Source: Pseudomonadota bacterium
Lineage (GTDB): Bacteria > Pseudomonadota > Alphaproteobacteria > Rhizobiales > Xanthobacteraceae
DNA length: 64,000 bases
Reading direction: 5' to 3'
Assembly (NCBI GenBank): GCA_023422775.1
Contig: JAFAGM010000005.1
Coordinates: forward strand, 24,310 to 88,309
Positions 48,226-58,179 of this stretch are shown here, one piece after another. The translations under genes were made by a program, and so were the position numbers. The notes beneath the pieces are model-generated. The model saw only the letters and a list, made by a program, of their open reading frames with translations, was not told the origin of the DNA and ran no database searches. Each line of letters opens with the position of its first letter. Position 1 is the stretch's first letter.

Positions 48226-48756
48226 CTACGCCGACCGCCACAGCCATTCGGCGATCTTCGCCATCACGTCGCCGGACAACAACAGGACGCCCGACCAGAC
48301 CAGCGCCGAGACAAAGTTTGCGATCTGGAATTGCCAGTAAGGCATCTCGAAAATGCCGGCGGCAAGCGGCACCGAAGCCCGCAGGGGGCCGAAGAAGCGA
48401 CCGATGAAGATCGAGGGGACGCCCCATTTCTGGACGAAGGCCTCGCCGCGCGGCAGGATCTCCGGATAGCGCGACAGCGGCCACATCTCGGCGACGTGCT
48501 CCTTGAATTTGTAGCCGAACCAGTACGAGACCCAATCGCCCAGCGCCGCGCCGAGGCCGCCGGCCAGCCAGACCGGCCAGAAATTGATGCCGCTGACGCC
48601 CACCAGCGCGCCGATGGCAACCAGCGCGCCCCAGGCCGGAACCAGCAGCGAAATGAAGGCGAGCGATTCGCAAAACGCCAGCACCAGCACGATCGGCGCG
48701 GCCCAGACCTGATTGTCGCGCACGAAATCAGCCAGGGCGCGCACGTAGTCTTCCAT
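48226..48756 (-). CDS. DedA family membrane protein
   Basis: FCES, ALGDWVSYWFG and IGRFFGPLR motifs. Confidence 0.92.
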   Translation of the reverse strand: MEDYVRALADFVRDNQVWAAPIVLVLAFCESLAFISLLVPAWGALVAIGALVGVSGINFWPVWLAGGLGAALGDWVSYWFGYKFKEHVAEMWPLSRYPEILPRGEAFVQKWGVPSIFIGRFFGPLRASVPLAAGIFEMPYWQFQIANFVSALVWSGVLLLSGDVMAKIAEWLWRSA

Positions 48757-48948
48757 GTCCTGAAACGCCTCCGCCCCGTTTCCGCCGACGAACCTTTTTC
48801 AGGTTCCAGGCCCCGCGCAGAGGTACGCCAGCCGATTGAGTGACTTCAAGTCACAATGCCCGGCACCGGGCGTGATCGCCATTGATTCCCACCGCTAAGA
48901 GGGTGCCGCCGCCCGCCACCAGCCGAACGAAATACCCTCGAAGGGAAC

Positions 48949-49398
48949 TCAGCTTTGAGGGGGCGGCGGCCGCCTTGGCGGGCGCGGCTTCGCCGGACGC
49001 GCCGATGCGGGAGCCGCCGGTTGCAGAGTAACGATGACTGGATTCGGCTTGTGATCCAGCGCTGCACCGGTGGCCGCATCGACTCCCATGCCGATCAGGC
49101 CACCGGCCAGAATATTGCCGGCGAAGCCCGCCGCGCCCGTGCCAGGAATTTCCTTGGTGAGGGGGACAATCTGCGGCTCATATCCTTCCTTTTTAACGGT
49201 CACCGTGATGTCGGCACTGCGCTTGGCCACGACCACGCACGGCGTGACGCAGGTGGTCGGAGTCTCAAGTCCCGATACCTCGGCGGTGGCGCCGGAAGGC
49301 GTGCTCGCAATTGAAATATTCTCGGTCGTTCCGCGCGTCACCGACGCGCAGCCAACACACGGCGCCGCGAGCGCGGCGACCAATAGCAACCTGATCAT
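48949..49398 (-). CDS. Lipoprotein with PEGA-like domain
   Basis: Lipobox CVGC, STPSGA, KEGY and GNILAGGLIGMGVDAATGA. Confidence 0.8.
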   Translation of the reverse strand: MIRLLLVAALAAPCVGCASVTRGTTENISIASTPSGATAEVSGLETPTTCVTPCVVVAKRSADITVTVKKEGYEPQIVPLTKEIPGTGAAGFAGNILAGGLIGMGVDAATGAALDHKPNPVIVTLQPAAPASARPAKPRPPRRPPPPQS

Positions 49399-49627
49399 TG
49401 GATTATCCCCCTACCCGCCGCGACCTTCACGCAACCTGCAGCTGAAAGCAAGCCGGTAGTGCCGGCCAACGGCACATCTTGCTAACCGAACGCAATCCGC
49501 CTATTGGCCGCCGCTCCCCCGGAGAGCTGCCCTGCCACGGCCGCTGCGGTCACTTTTTGAGCCCATCCGTGGCATAGTCACAGCAACCGATTCGCTGCCG
49601 CGCCCTGCGCGAACCATATAAAGAGCC

Positions 49628-51679
49628 ATGTCCAAATCATTGAAATCAGCCGCAAAAGTCAAATCACCCAGTGACCTGTTCGGGGAACCGAAGGGCCGTG
49701 CGCCCGCCAAGGCGGCGCCGCGCGCCGGCAATGCGGAGGCCGGCTACACCGCGGCCGATATCGAGGTGCTCGAAGGGCTCGAGCCGGTCCGCCGCCGCCC
49801 CGGCATGTATATCGGCGGCACCGACGAGAAGGCGCTGCATCACCTCTTTGCCGAGGTCATCGACAACGCCATGGACGAGGCGCTGGCCGGCCACGCCACC
49901 TTCATCGAGGTGGAATTGACCGCCGACGGCTTCCTGACCGTCACCGACAACGGTCGCGGCATCCCGGTCGATCCGCATCCGAAGTTCCCGAAGAAGTCCG
50001 CGCTCGAAGTCATCATGTGCACGCTGCATTCGGGCGGCAAGTTCGACTCCAAGGTCTACGAGACCTCGGGCGGCCTGCACGGCGTCGGCGTGTCCGTCGT
50101 CAACGCGCTCTCCTCGCGTCTGGAGGTGGAAGTCGCGCGCAGCCAGAAGCTCTACCGGATGAGTTTCGAACGCGGCCATCCCAAGGGCAAGCTCGAAGAC
50201 CTCGGCAAGATCAACAACCGCCGCGGCACCCGCATCCGCTTCAAGCCGGACACCGATATCTTCGGCGCGAAGGCCTCGTTCAAGCCGCAGCGGCTGTTCA
50301 AGATGACGCGCTCGAAGGCTTATCTGTTCGGCGGCGTCGAAATCCGCTGGCGCTGCGATCCCGAGTTGCTGAAAGGCGTCGAGGACGTCCCCGCCGAGGA
50401 CAGCTTCCATTTCCCCGGCGGTTTGAAGGACTATCTCGCCGCCGCCATTCACGCCGACACGCTGGTGCATCCGGATATCTTCTCCGGCAAGTCCGGCCGC
50501 AACGGCGCACACGGCGCCTGCGAATGGGCGGTGGCATGGACGGCGGATGCCGACGGCTTCCTCTCCTCCTACTGCAACACCGTGCCGACGCCCGACGGCG
50601 GCACCCATGAATCCGGCCTGCGCAGCGCGATGCTCCGCGGCCTGAAAGACCATGCCGAGCGCATCGGCCAGGGCAAGCGCGCCGCGCCCGTGACGTCGGA
50701 AGACGTGATGGTCGGCGCCGCTATCATGCTTTCGGTGTTCGTGCGCGAGCCCGAATTCCAGGGGCAGACCAAGGACCGGCTGGCGACGGCGGAAGCCCAG
50801 AAGATCGTCGAGCAGGCGATCAAGGATCCGTTCGACCACTGGCTGTCGGGCAATCCGCTGCAGGCCAACAAGCTCCTGGACTTCGTCATCGAGCGCGCCG
50901 ACGAGCGGCTGCGCCGCCGCGCCGAGAAGGAGACGTCACGCAAGACCGCGGTGAAGAAGCTCCGCCTGCCCGGCAAGCTTGCGGACTGCACCAATACGGC
51001 GACCGAAGGCTCCGAGCTCTTCATCGTCGAGGGCGACTCGGCAGGTGGCAGCGCCAAGCAGGCGCGCGACCGCAAGACCCAGGCCGTGCTGCCGTTGCGC
51101 GGCAAGATCCTCAACGTCGCATCCGCCGGCAGGGACAAGCTGACGGCCAACGCGCAGCTTTCCGACCTGATGCAGGCGATCGGCTGCGGGACGCTGGCGC
51201 ATTACCGCGAGGAAGATCTGCGCTATTCGCGCATCATCATCATGACCGACGCCGACGTCGATGGCGCGCACATCGCCTCGCTGCTGATCACGTTCTTCTA
51301 CCGCCAAACGCCACGCCTGATCGATGAGGGCCATCTCTATCTGGCCGTGCCGCCGCTGTACAAATTAACCTACGGTAGCAAGTCGGTATATGCCCGCGAC
51401 GACGCCCACAAGGAAGAACTGCTGAAGAGCCAGTTCAATGCCAACGCCAAGGTCGAGGTCAACCGGTTCAAAGGCCTGGGCGAGATGATGCCGGCCCAGC
51501 TCAAGGAGACCACGATGGACCCGGCGAAGCGCACGCTCCTGCGCGTGGTGCTGCTGGCCGACGACCGCGAGGGCACCGCCGATTCGGTCGAACGTCTAAT
51601 GGGAACCAAGGCCGAGGCCCGGTTCGCCTTCATCTCCGACAAGGCTGAATTCGCCAGCGACGACCTGCTGGACGTCTGA
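49628..51679 (+). CDS. parE: DNA topoisomerase IV subunit B
   Basis: VRRRPGMYIG, EVIDNAMDE, EGDSAGG, PLRGKILN, MTDADVDG and RFKGLGEM motifs; lacks the long GyrB insertion. Confidence 0.95.
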   Translation: MSKSLKSAAKVKSPSDLFGEPKGRAPAKAAPRAGNAEAGYTAADIEVLEGLEPVRRRPGMYIGGTDEKALHHLFAEVIDNAMDEALAGHATFIEVELTADGFLTVTDNGRGIPVDPHPKFPKKSALEVIMCTLHSGGKFDSKVYETSGGLHGVGVSVVNALSSRLEVEVARSQKLYRMSFERGHPKGKLEDLGKINNRRGTRIRFKPDTDIFGAKASFKPQRLFKMTRSKAYLFGGVEIRWRCDPELLKGVEDVPAEDSFHFPGGLKDYLAAAIHADTLVHPDIFSGKSGRNGAHGACEWAVAWTADADGFLSSYCNTVPTPDGGTHESGLRSAMLRGLKDHAERIGQGKRAAPVTSEDVMVGAAIMLSVFVREPEFQGQTKDRLATAEAQKIVEQAIKDPFDHWLSGNPLQANKLLDFVIERADERLRRRAEKETSRKTAVKKLRLPGKLADCTNTATEGSELFIVEGDSAGGSAKQARDRKTQAVLPLRGKILNVASAGRDKLTANAQLSDLMQAIGCGTLAHYREEDLRYSRIIIMTDADVDGAHIASLLITFFYRQTPRLIDEGHLYLAVPPLYKLTYGSKSVYARDDAHKEELLKSQFNANAKVEVNRFKGLGEMMPAQLKETTMDPAKRTLLRVVLLADDREGTADSVERLMGTKAEARFAFISDKAEFASDDLLDV

Positions 51680-51922
51680 TTCCGCTGTTCCCGCCGATAT
51701 GGGCGACTTTCCGGCTTTTTTCGCCGCCCCGGCCCCGGCAAAGCCGGATTCTGTCCATTTTTCAGACCTTTCCCGGACTTTCGTTTTCGGACGGGTGTGC
51801 TCCTCCCGCAACAGCATTTTGGGCCGAACCGCGTATAGTCCTGACACTGGGTTTTGGGAATCGGTGCTCGCGCATTCGGTTTGAGCGATCAGACAGACGC
51901 TTTGAACTAAGGGAATTGGGAC

Positions 51923-52717
51923 ATGAAGAAGTTGGTGATCGCTCTGACCGCGCTGGCGGCATTCACCGGATCTGCCACGGCAGCCGACCTGGGAACTCGG
52001 CCCTATGCCAAGGCTCCGGCGCCGGTGGTGATGGCTCCGAGCTGGACCGGCTTCTACATTTTCGGCGGTGGCGGCGGCGGCATCTGGTCGGCAAACGGCG
52101 GTGTGACTGACAACGTCACTGGCACCTGCATCGTCTGCACCAACACCCGCACAGGTGGCGATGGCTGGTTCGGCACGGTAGGTGCGGGTTACGACTGGCA
52201 GACTGGCCCGTCCTGGGTATTCGGTATCTTCGGCGACGGCACGTTTGGTAGCCTCAAGGGCGACGTCGGGGATGCAAGCCTCTTCGCTGTCGGCACCGTG
52301 AAGATGGAAACGGCTTGGGCAGCCGGTGCGCGCGTCGGCTATCTGGTCGCTCCGAATGTGCTTTCCTACGTCAACGGCGGTTACACCGGGACCTACTGGT
52401 CGGGCAGCACCCTGCTGGGCTCGTTCAGCGGCACCCCGGTTGGTGTGCACACCGACAGCTTCAATACCCAGGGCTGGTTCGTAGGTGGCGGCGTCGAGAA
52501 CAACTTGGACTTCTTCGGAATCAGTGCTCCGGGCTGGTTCATGAAGACGGAATATCGTGCGGCCTATCTTGACCGGAAGAATCTTCAGGAGCGGATCGAC
52601 GGCACCAACGTGGGGACTGGCGTCGATATCAACTTCAAGCCGTTCGTTCAGACCATCAGCACCTCGCTGGTCTACCGCTTCAACTGGACCGGCGCTCCGA
52701 TCGCTGCGAAGTACTGA
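51923..52717 (+). CDS. Outer membrane beta-barrel protein (Omp25/RopB-like)
   Basis: Signal peptide, ADL..RPY.KAP, WTGFY and YRFN terminus. Confidence 0.9.
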   Translation: MKKLVIALTALAAFTGSATAADLGTRPYAKAPAPVVMAPSWTGFYIFGGGGGGIWSANGGVTDNVTGTCIVCTNTRTGGDGWFGTVGAGYDWQTGPSWVFGIFGDGTFGSLKGDVGDASLFAVGTVKMETAWAAGARVGYLVAPNVLSYVNGGYTGTYWSGSTLLGSFSGTPVGVHTDSFNTQGWFVGGGVENNLDFFGISAPGWFMKTEYRAAYLDRKNLQERIDGTNVGTGVDINFKPFVQTISTSLVYRFNWTGAPIAAKY

Positions 52718-52738
52718 TCTCTGCAAATTCAACTGCTC

Positions 52739-52768
52739 AAAAGCCCCGGTATCGTCCGGGGCTTTTTT
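52739..52768 (+). terminator. Intrinsic terminator
   Basis: AAAAGCCCCGG-TATCGT-CCGGGGCTTTTTT. Confidence 0.9.
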
Positions 52769-52951
52769 GTGCCTGGAGCCAGCGGGCGTGGGGCAGTGGC
52801 CGCCCCTTGGATTAACCCTGGGATGACTTCCGGTCTTGCGGATCTGACCGGCATTGTATTCGATCCCCCGTTGCGGACGGCCGCCGGTAGCAGGGGCAGT
52901 CCGTCAAGCCGCGCGGCGCCCAAGAACCGGGAGCGGCAACGGAGGGAATCC

Positions 52952-53137
52952 ATGGCCCGATCGCTTTCGATCATCGGCTTCCTGGCGCTTGCGATAGGCC
53001 TGCTATGGATCGGTCAGGGGACCGGTTCGATCCGCTGGCCGCAATCGAGTGTCATGATCAACCAGCTGCAATGGGCGGGCTACGGCGCGGTGCTCGGCGC
53101 CATCGGGCTGATTCTGATCTGGCAAGGCAATCGCTGA
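52952..53137 (+). CDS. Small two-TM membrane protein (61 aa)
   Basis: GGAGGG RBS; MARSLSIIGFLALAIGLLWIGQGTG...WAGYGAVLGAIGLILIW. Confidence 0.75.
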   Translation: MARSLSIIGFLALAIGLLWIGQGTGSIRWPQSSVMINQLQWAGYGAVLGAIGLILIWQGNR

Positions 53138-53148
53138 CCCGACTCGCG

Positions 53149-53296
53149 CGTCATGGCCGGGCTTGGCAGTCTGGAAGGACGGCGTCGCTACCGCTAGCCT
53201 AGCCCCGGCCGTCCACGTATTGGATCATGGGCGATTGGGAACACGTGGATGCCCCGGACATCTAGCGCGAAGAAGCGCTTCTGCCCGGGCATGACG
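53149..53296. repeat. Palindromic repeat element (CGTCATGGCCGGG family)
   Basis: Terminal inverted repeats CGTCATGGCCGGGC...GCCCGGGCATGACG with internal TCCACGT/ACGTGGA. Confidence 0.75.
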
Positions 53297-53311
53297 AAGA
53301 AGGGACAACAC

Positions 53312-54082
53312 ATGAAAGCAGAACTGTTCGATCTCAGCGGCAAGGTCGCCATCGTCACCGGCGGCAATGGCGGCATCGGGCTCGGCATGGCCCGCGGATT
53401 GGCGAAAGCCGGTGCCGCGGTCGCGATCGTCGGCCGCAACGAGCAGAAATCGGCGGCTGCCGTGGCGGAGCTGGAGCGCGCCGGCGCCAGGGCGATTTCA
53501 GTAGCCACCGACGTCACCGACAAGGCCGCAGTCGCGGCAATGACCGAGCGCGTCGCGAGCGATCTCGGCCGCATCGACATCCTCGTCAACAACGCCGGCA
53601 TCAGCATCCGCAAGCCACCGCACGTGCTCGATATCGCCGAGTGGAACAGCGTGATCGCGACCAACCTCACCAGCGCCTTCCTCTGTTCGCAGGCGGTCTA
53701 TCCGGCCATGAAGGCCGGCGGTGGCGGCAAGGTCGTCAATATCGGCTCGATGATGTCGATCTTCGGCGCCAGCTTTGCGTCGGCCTATGCAGCGAGCAAG
53801 GGCGGCATCGTCCAGTTCACGCGCGCCTGTGCGGTGGCCTGGGCTGCCGACAACATTCAGGTCAACGCGGTGCTGCCGGGCTGGATCGACACCGACCTCA
53901 CGAAGAATGCCCGCAAGGAGGTCGAGGGTCTGCACGACCGCGTGCTGGCCCGGACCCCCGCCGCGCGCTGGGGCGGCATCGATGATTTTGCGGGTATCGC
54001 GGTGTTCCTCGCCTCTCCCGCATCCGATTTCGTGACGGGTACGGCGATTCCCGTCGATGGCGGGTATTCCGTCATGGCCTGA
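53312..54082 (+). CDS. Short-chain dehydrogenase (KduD/gluconate 5-dehydrogenase-like)
   Basis: TGGNGGIG, NNAG, YAASKGG and PGWIDTD motifs. Confidence 0.92.
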   Translation: MKAELFDLSGKVAIVTGGNGGIGLGMARGLAKAGAAVAIVGRNEQKSAAAVAELERAGARAISVATDVTDKAAVAAMTERVASDLGRIDILVNNAGISIRKPPHVLDIAEWNSVIATNLTSAFLCSQAVYPAMKAGGGGKVVNIGSMMSIFGASFASAYAASKGGIVQFTRACAVAWAADNIQVNAVLPGWIDTDLTKNARKEVEGLHDRVLARTPAARWGGIDDFAGIAVFLASPASDFVTGTAIPVDGGYSVMA

Positions 54083-54128
54083 CCGCCTCCGAATCGACTG
54101 CCCTGCCCCGACCAAGGTGCTCCAAAGC

Positions 54129-54155
54129 AAAAGCCCCGGCTCACGCCGGGGCTTT
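54129..54155 (-). terminator. Intrinsic terminator between convergent genes
   Basis: Minus strand AAAGCCCCGGC-GTGA-GCCGGGGCTTTT with a GNRA loop. Confidence 0.85.
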
Positions 54156-54176
54156 CACTTTGTTGGCGTATCAAGA

Positions 54177-54893
54177 TCAGTATCTGGTCACACCAGGACC
54201 ACCGAAGCGATAGTTGATGCGGGCGGTGACCAGGTCGATGTCCTGCCGGATGCCGACGTTGGTATAGCGCCAGTTTGCGTTGGTCCAATTGTAGTTCGTG
54301 TCACCCAGGAACATGTGATTGTACTCGACACCGAACGACCAGTTCGGGGTAAAGCCCCATTCCAGGCCGACGCCAACATCCGCGCCCCATCGCGTATTCG
54401 ATACGCGGATGAAATCGACGTTGTTGAGTGCGGCCCAGTAGCTGTTGCCGGCGACCGCGGCACCGCCTTTGACGTAGAACAGGACGTTATTGGCAGCATA
54501 ACCAATGCGGCCGGTGAAAAGACCGACTGCGTCAACCGTCGTACCGACGGACCAGGTCGGATCGAACGGATCGACATATGACCGGCTCAGATCAGCCCAG
54601 TTACCCTGAGCTTCGAGACCGAACACCCAGGAGCCAGCCTGCCAGTTGTAGCCAATTTGGCCGCCAACGGTGCCGCCGGATGCGTTATCCGAACGAACGA
54701 GGAAATTCTGCCAGTCATATCTGGTGCTGCTCTGTCCCCAGCCACCGTTGATACCGATATAGAAGCCGCTCCAGTCGTACATGGGTGCCACAATCGGGGG
54801 CGCCTTGGTATATGGACGAGCGGCGAGATCGGCCGCGAAAGCGCTCGCCGTGCTGGCGGCAAGAATGGAAGCGGCGAGTACAAGTTTCTTCAT
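54177..54893 (-). CDS. Outer membrane beta-barrel protein (Omp25/RopB-like)
   Basis: Signal peptide, ADLAARPYTKAP, WSGFYIG and INYRFGG. Confidence 0.92.
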   Translation of the reverse strand: MKKLVLAASILAASTASAFAADLAARPYTKAPPIVAPMYDWSGFYIGINGGWGQSSTRYDWQNFLVRSDNASGGTVGGQIGYNWQAGSWVFGLEAQGNWADLSRSYVDPFDPTWSVGTTVDAVGLFTGRIGYAANNVLFYVKGGAAVAGNSYWAALNNVDFIRVSNTRWGADVGVGLEWGFTPNWSFGVEYNHMFLGDTNYNWTNANWRYTNVGIRQDIDLVTARINYRFGGPGVTRY

Positions 54894-55075
54894 TGCATTC
54901 CCCTTGTGAACAAAATCCAGGCAACGACCGAAGCAACAAATCGAAATCCTGACTAAAAATACCCGGGTTCCGGCCCTTTGGCTGTCACCCGGCTGCTACA
55001 GTCGCAGGCAATGTTATCTCTGGTTGCGAACACCCGATTACCTGCAACTCCAAGGTTAAGCGCCGCAACGTCGGC

Positions 55076-56293
55076 TCATCGCTCGGCATTGTCATTGGAC
55101 TGCACGTGCTCGGGCCGCACGCCCAGGCCCACAAAACGGGCCGTGACGCCCTGCAACCAGGGCATCGCCGTGATCAGCCGCATGACGAGAGGGACCTTCA
55201 GCGGCTGGTTGCCGGGCTTCAGCGCCGCGCTGACGATGTTGTTCTGGGCGATGACCTGCATCCGCTGCGTCATCCGCACCGGGAATTCGCGGCGTCGGCG
55301 GACAGCGTCGAGTTCGTCTTCCGGCGGGCATCCATTCGCCAGTTTCGATGCCAGCAGGTTGGCGGCAGCGACCGCATCCTGCACCGCGAGGTTAACGCCG
55401 ACGCCGCCGATCGGGGACATCGCATGTGCGGCGTCGCCGATACACAGGAGCCCCGGCCGCGTCCAGCGCTTCAGCCGGTTGATCGCGACCGTGAGCAGCT
55501 TGACGTCATCCCAGCCCTTCACGTCGGCAAGCCCCGGTTTGAGGATCGGCGCCATCGCTGCGACATCGTGGAGCAGCGCCGCCAGTCCCCTCGCCTTCAC
55601 GGCATCGTACTGCCCCTTGGCGATGACATAGGCGCACTGCCAGTAGTCGCCGCGATCGAACGTCACCATCATCCGCCCCGGCTCGACGCGCGCGAACAGG
55701 CTCTCGCTTTCGTTCTCCCGCTTGCCCGCACGAAACCACAGCACGTCCATCGGCGCGCCGATTTCCTTCACCTCGAGTCCGGCGCGTTCGCGCACCAGCG
55801 AATGGCGGCCGTCGCACGCAATGGTGAGATCGGCATTAATGTCGACGACGCCTTCCGGCGTCCTTGCTTTGACACCCACGATGCGATCGCCGCCATGGAT
55901 CAAATCGATCGCCTCGGTCGACATCATCACCTTGAGGGAAGCGAACCGCTTGCCGCTTTCACGCAGGAAGTTGAGGAAGTCCCATTGCGGCATGAAGGCG
56001 ATGAACGGATACTTCACGTTCAGCCGGCTCAGATCGGCGATCCGCACGGAATAGCCGCCGAACATCCCGTCCATCTTCTGCAGGCGCTGATGGGGCAGCT
56101 TCAGGAAGCCATCGATCAGCCCGAGTTCGTCCATCACCTGCAGGGTCGAGGGATGCACGGTATCGCCACGAAAATCGCGAAAGAAATCCGCGTGCTTCTC
56201 CAGCACCACGACATCGATGCCGGCGCGTCCGAGCAGATAACCGAGCATCATGCCGGCGGGCCCGCCGCCGACGATGCAGCAACGTGTTTTCAT
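55076..56293 (-). CDS. FAD-dependent oxidoreductase/monooxygenase
   Basis: GGGPAG, ACDGRHS and IGDAAHAMSPIGGVGVN motifs. Confidence 0.93.
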   Translation of the reverse strand: MKTRCCIVGGGPAGMMLGYLLGRAGIDVVVLEKHADFFRDFRGDTVHPSTLQVMDELGLIDGFLKLPHQRLQKMDGMFGGYSVRIADLSRLNVKYPFIAFMPQWDFLNFLRESGKRFASLKVMMSTEAIDLIHGGDRIVGVKARTPEGVVDINADLTIACDGRHSLVRERAGLEVKEIGAPMDVLWFRAGKRENESESLFARVEPGRMMVTFDRGDYWQCAYVIAKGQYDAVKARGLAALLHDVAAMAPILKPGLADVKGWDDVKLLTVAINRLKRWTRPGLLCIGDAAHAMSPIGGVGVNLAVQDAVAAANLLASKLANGCPPEDELDAVRRRREFPVRMTQRMQVIAQNNIVSAALKPGNQPLKVPLVMRLITAMPWLQGVTARFVGLGVRPEHVQSNDNAER

Positions 56294-56398
56294 CGATCGC
56301 TCCCGTTGCCGTCGTTGATTTGCCCGACGAGGCTGGGCAAGAATTTTCTCTCAGGGACAAGGGCGGAGTCATGATTTGAATCGCGACTATTTCTATCG

Positions 56399-56456
56399 CC
56401 GTCGTCCCGGACCTCAGATGTGCAATGCACATCTGAGGTCAAGCCCGGGAGGACGG
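56399..56456. repeat. Short palindromic element
   Basis: GACCTCAGATGTGCA-A-TGCACATCTGAGGTC perfect palindrome inside CCGTCGTCCCGG/CCGGGAGGACGG. Confidence 0.7.
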
Positions 56457-56491
56457 AGGAGAGGCACATGGCCACCCATTCGGCTCTCTCA

Positions 56492-58003
56492 CTACCGCCG
56501 GAAACTCTTGATCTCCGAGACGCTGCCGTCGCGGTATGTCAGTTCGACCGAAACCGACCGCGTCTGTGGCGCGAGCTTCAGATATGGCGTCGCTTCGTGC
56601 GGGATCGCGCTGGGGTCGCGCGGATTGCAGGCCGGCATTTTCAGAACCTTGTCCGGCACTGCACTGTCGATGCCGACGCGCACTTCGCGGATCGCGCAGC
56701 GATACGACATCAGATGCGTGTAATAGACCAGGAGCCCGTTGAACTCGCGGAACGACAGCCAGCTCGTCGCGGTCATGTCGAGGATCTTGCGCTGGTCGCG
56801 GATCAGGGCGGATTCCGGATCGAACCGGATCGGGAACGGGCCCTGGGTGTCGCCGTTGGTGTCGACGTAGCGCACCTGGATGGTGGCGGCCGGCGCATCG
56901 GCCGGGAGTTCGATCGAGGGATTGGGCATCCGCTTGCGGGTGCGCGGGTCGAGCGTGTCCATGAAGCCGGTCTCGCGGAAGTCGCCGGCCTCTCCCAACC
57001 GCCAGGAAATGCCGAGCGCCGGGTCGGCGATCGAGAACACCACGGTCCAACCCCCATTGTGGCGCGAGAACATCGCGATCGGCGCGTTGACGGAATCGTT
57101 CTGCGGCTTGAGCTGCTGCACCGGCGGCAAGGCCGCGACCTTCTGCGGCGCCCCGGCCGCTTTCGCCGCCGCTTCGGGCTGGGCTTTCGCCATGCCGTTG
57201 AGGAACACGTCGTCGACCATCTGGTCGAAATAAACCGGGATCTGCTTGTGGCGGACCGTCTCCGCCAGTTCGCTGACGAGGCGCCGCGTGCGCTGCGCGA
57301 CCTGGACGAGATTGGCGCCGGGCTGCGTCAGCTCTTTCGCAAAGGTTCGCGTGAAGACCGAATTGGGATTGGTGTCGTCGTTGGAGAGCCGGTCGAGCGC
57401 GGTCTGCCGCGGACCTGCCGAGAACACCGAAAACACGCCTTCCGGCAATTGCGTCATCGGCGCGAGACCGCCGCCGCCGGCAACCGCACGGGTGCCGGCG
57501 CGCTCGAACGGATTGTTGCGGCACGCGTCGAACACCAGGATGGCGGTGCGAACTTTCCTGTTCTGCAGCCGCTCGATGATGCGGTCGGCCAGAATCGAGG
57601 CGTCGCGCACCAGCTCTTCCTGCCCTTCGGTCGCCGCCGGCACGTCGGTCGGCAGCAGAAAATTCTGTCCGGCGATTTCAAAGCCGTGGCCGGCATAGAA
57701 AAAGAACGCGGTGTCGCCGGCATCGACCGCCTTGTCGAATGCCAGCAGCGTCTGGCTGAACGCCTGCCGGCTCTGGTTCTCCGCCACCATCACCGTGAAG
57801 CCGAGCTGCTTGAGCGTGTCGCCCATGGTGCGGGCGTCGTTGACCGCCTTCTGCAGCCTCGGCACGTTCCTGTAGTCGTTGTTGCCGACCACAAGCGCAA
57901 CGCGCTTTTCGGCGTGCGCGGGCGACAGGAGGGCCGCAAGCGTCGCGGCTATGCTGGCCGCGGCCAGGGGTGCCGCCAACAATCTGGAAAGCCAACCGTT
58001 CAT
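56492..58003 (-). CDS. Secreted caspase-family (peptidase C14) protein with unknown C-terminal domains
   Basis: Signal peptide, KRVALVVGNNDY, intact dyad YAGHG and FDACR, NSVFT. Confidence 0.9.
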   Translation of the reverse strand: MNGWLSRLLAAPLAAASIAATLAALLSPAHAEKRVALVVGNNDYRNVPRLQKAVNDARTMGDTLKQLGFTVMVAENQSRQAFSQTLLAFDKAVDAGDTAFFFYAGHGFEIAGQNFLLPTDVPAATEGQEELVRDASILADRIIERLQNRKVRTAILVFDACRNNPFERAGTRAVAGGGGLAPMTQLPEGVFSVFSAGPRQTALDRLSNDDTNPNSVFTRTFAKELTQPGANLVQVAQRTRRLVSELAETVRHKQIPVYFDQMVDDVFLNGMAKAQPEAAAKAAGAPQKVAALPPVQQLKPQNDSVNAPIAMFSRHNGGWTVVFSIADPALGISWRLGEAGDFRETGFMDTLDPRTRKRMPNPSIELPADAPAATIQVRYVDTNGDTQGPFPIRFDPESALIRDQRKILDMTATSWLSFREFNGLLVYYTHLMSYRCAIREVRVGIDSAVPDKVLKMPACNPRDPSAIPHEATPYLKLAPQTRSVSVELTYRDGSVSEIKSFRR

Positions 58004-58179
58004 CGAAAATCCCTGCCTGCACGACTCATCCGCGGCCCGTGCGAGCCAACCTATGCCGTAGTCGGCACATCGGCGCCATTGGTTCAACCCCGCCCCGAAA
58101 GCTGGGCAAGGCGCGGCCAGCACCCAAAAATGGTCAGTTCGGGCTGTATCGACCCACCGTACAGTTCTGCGCCGGATCA

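Noticed and set aside
56492..58003. Caspase-like gene as an anti-phage defence system
   Set aside because: It has a signal peptide and no adjacent gasdermin, NTPase or CRISPR partner.
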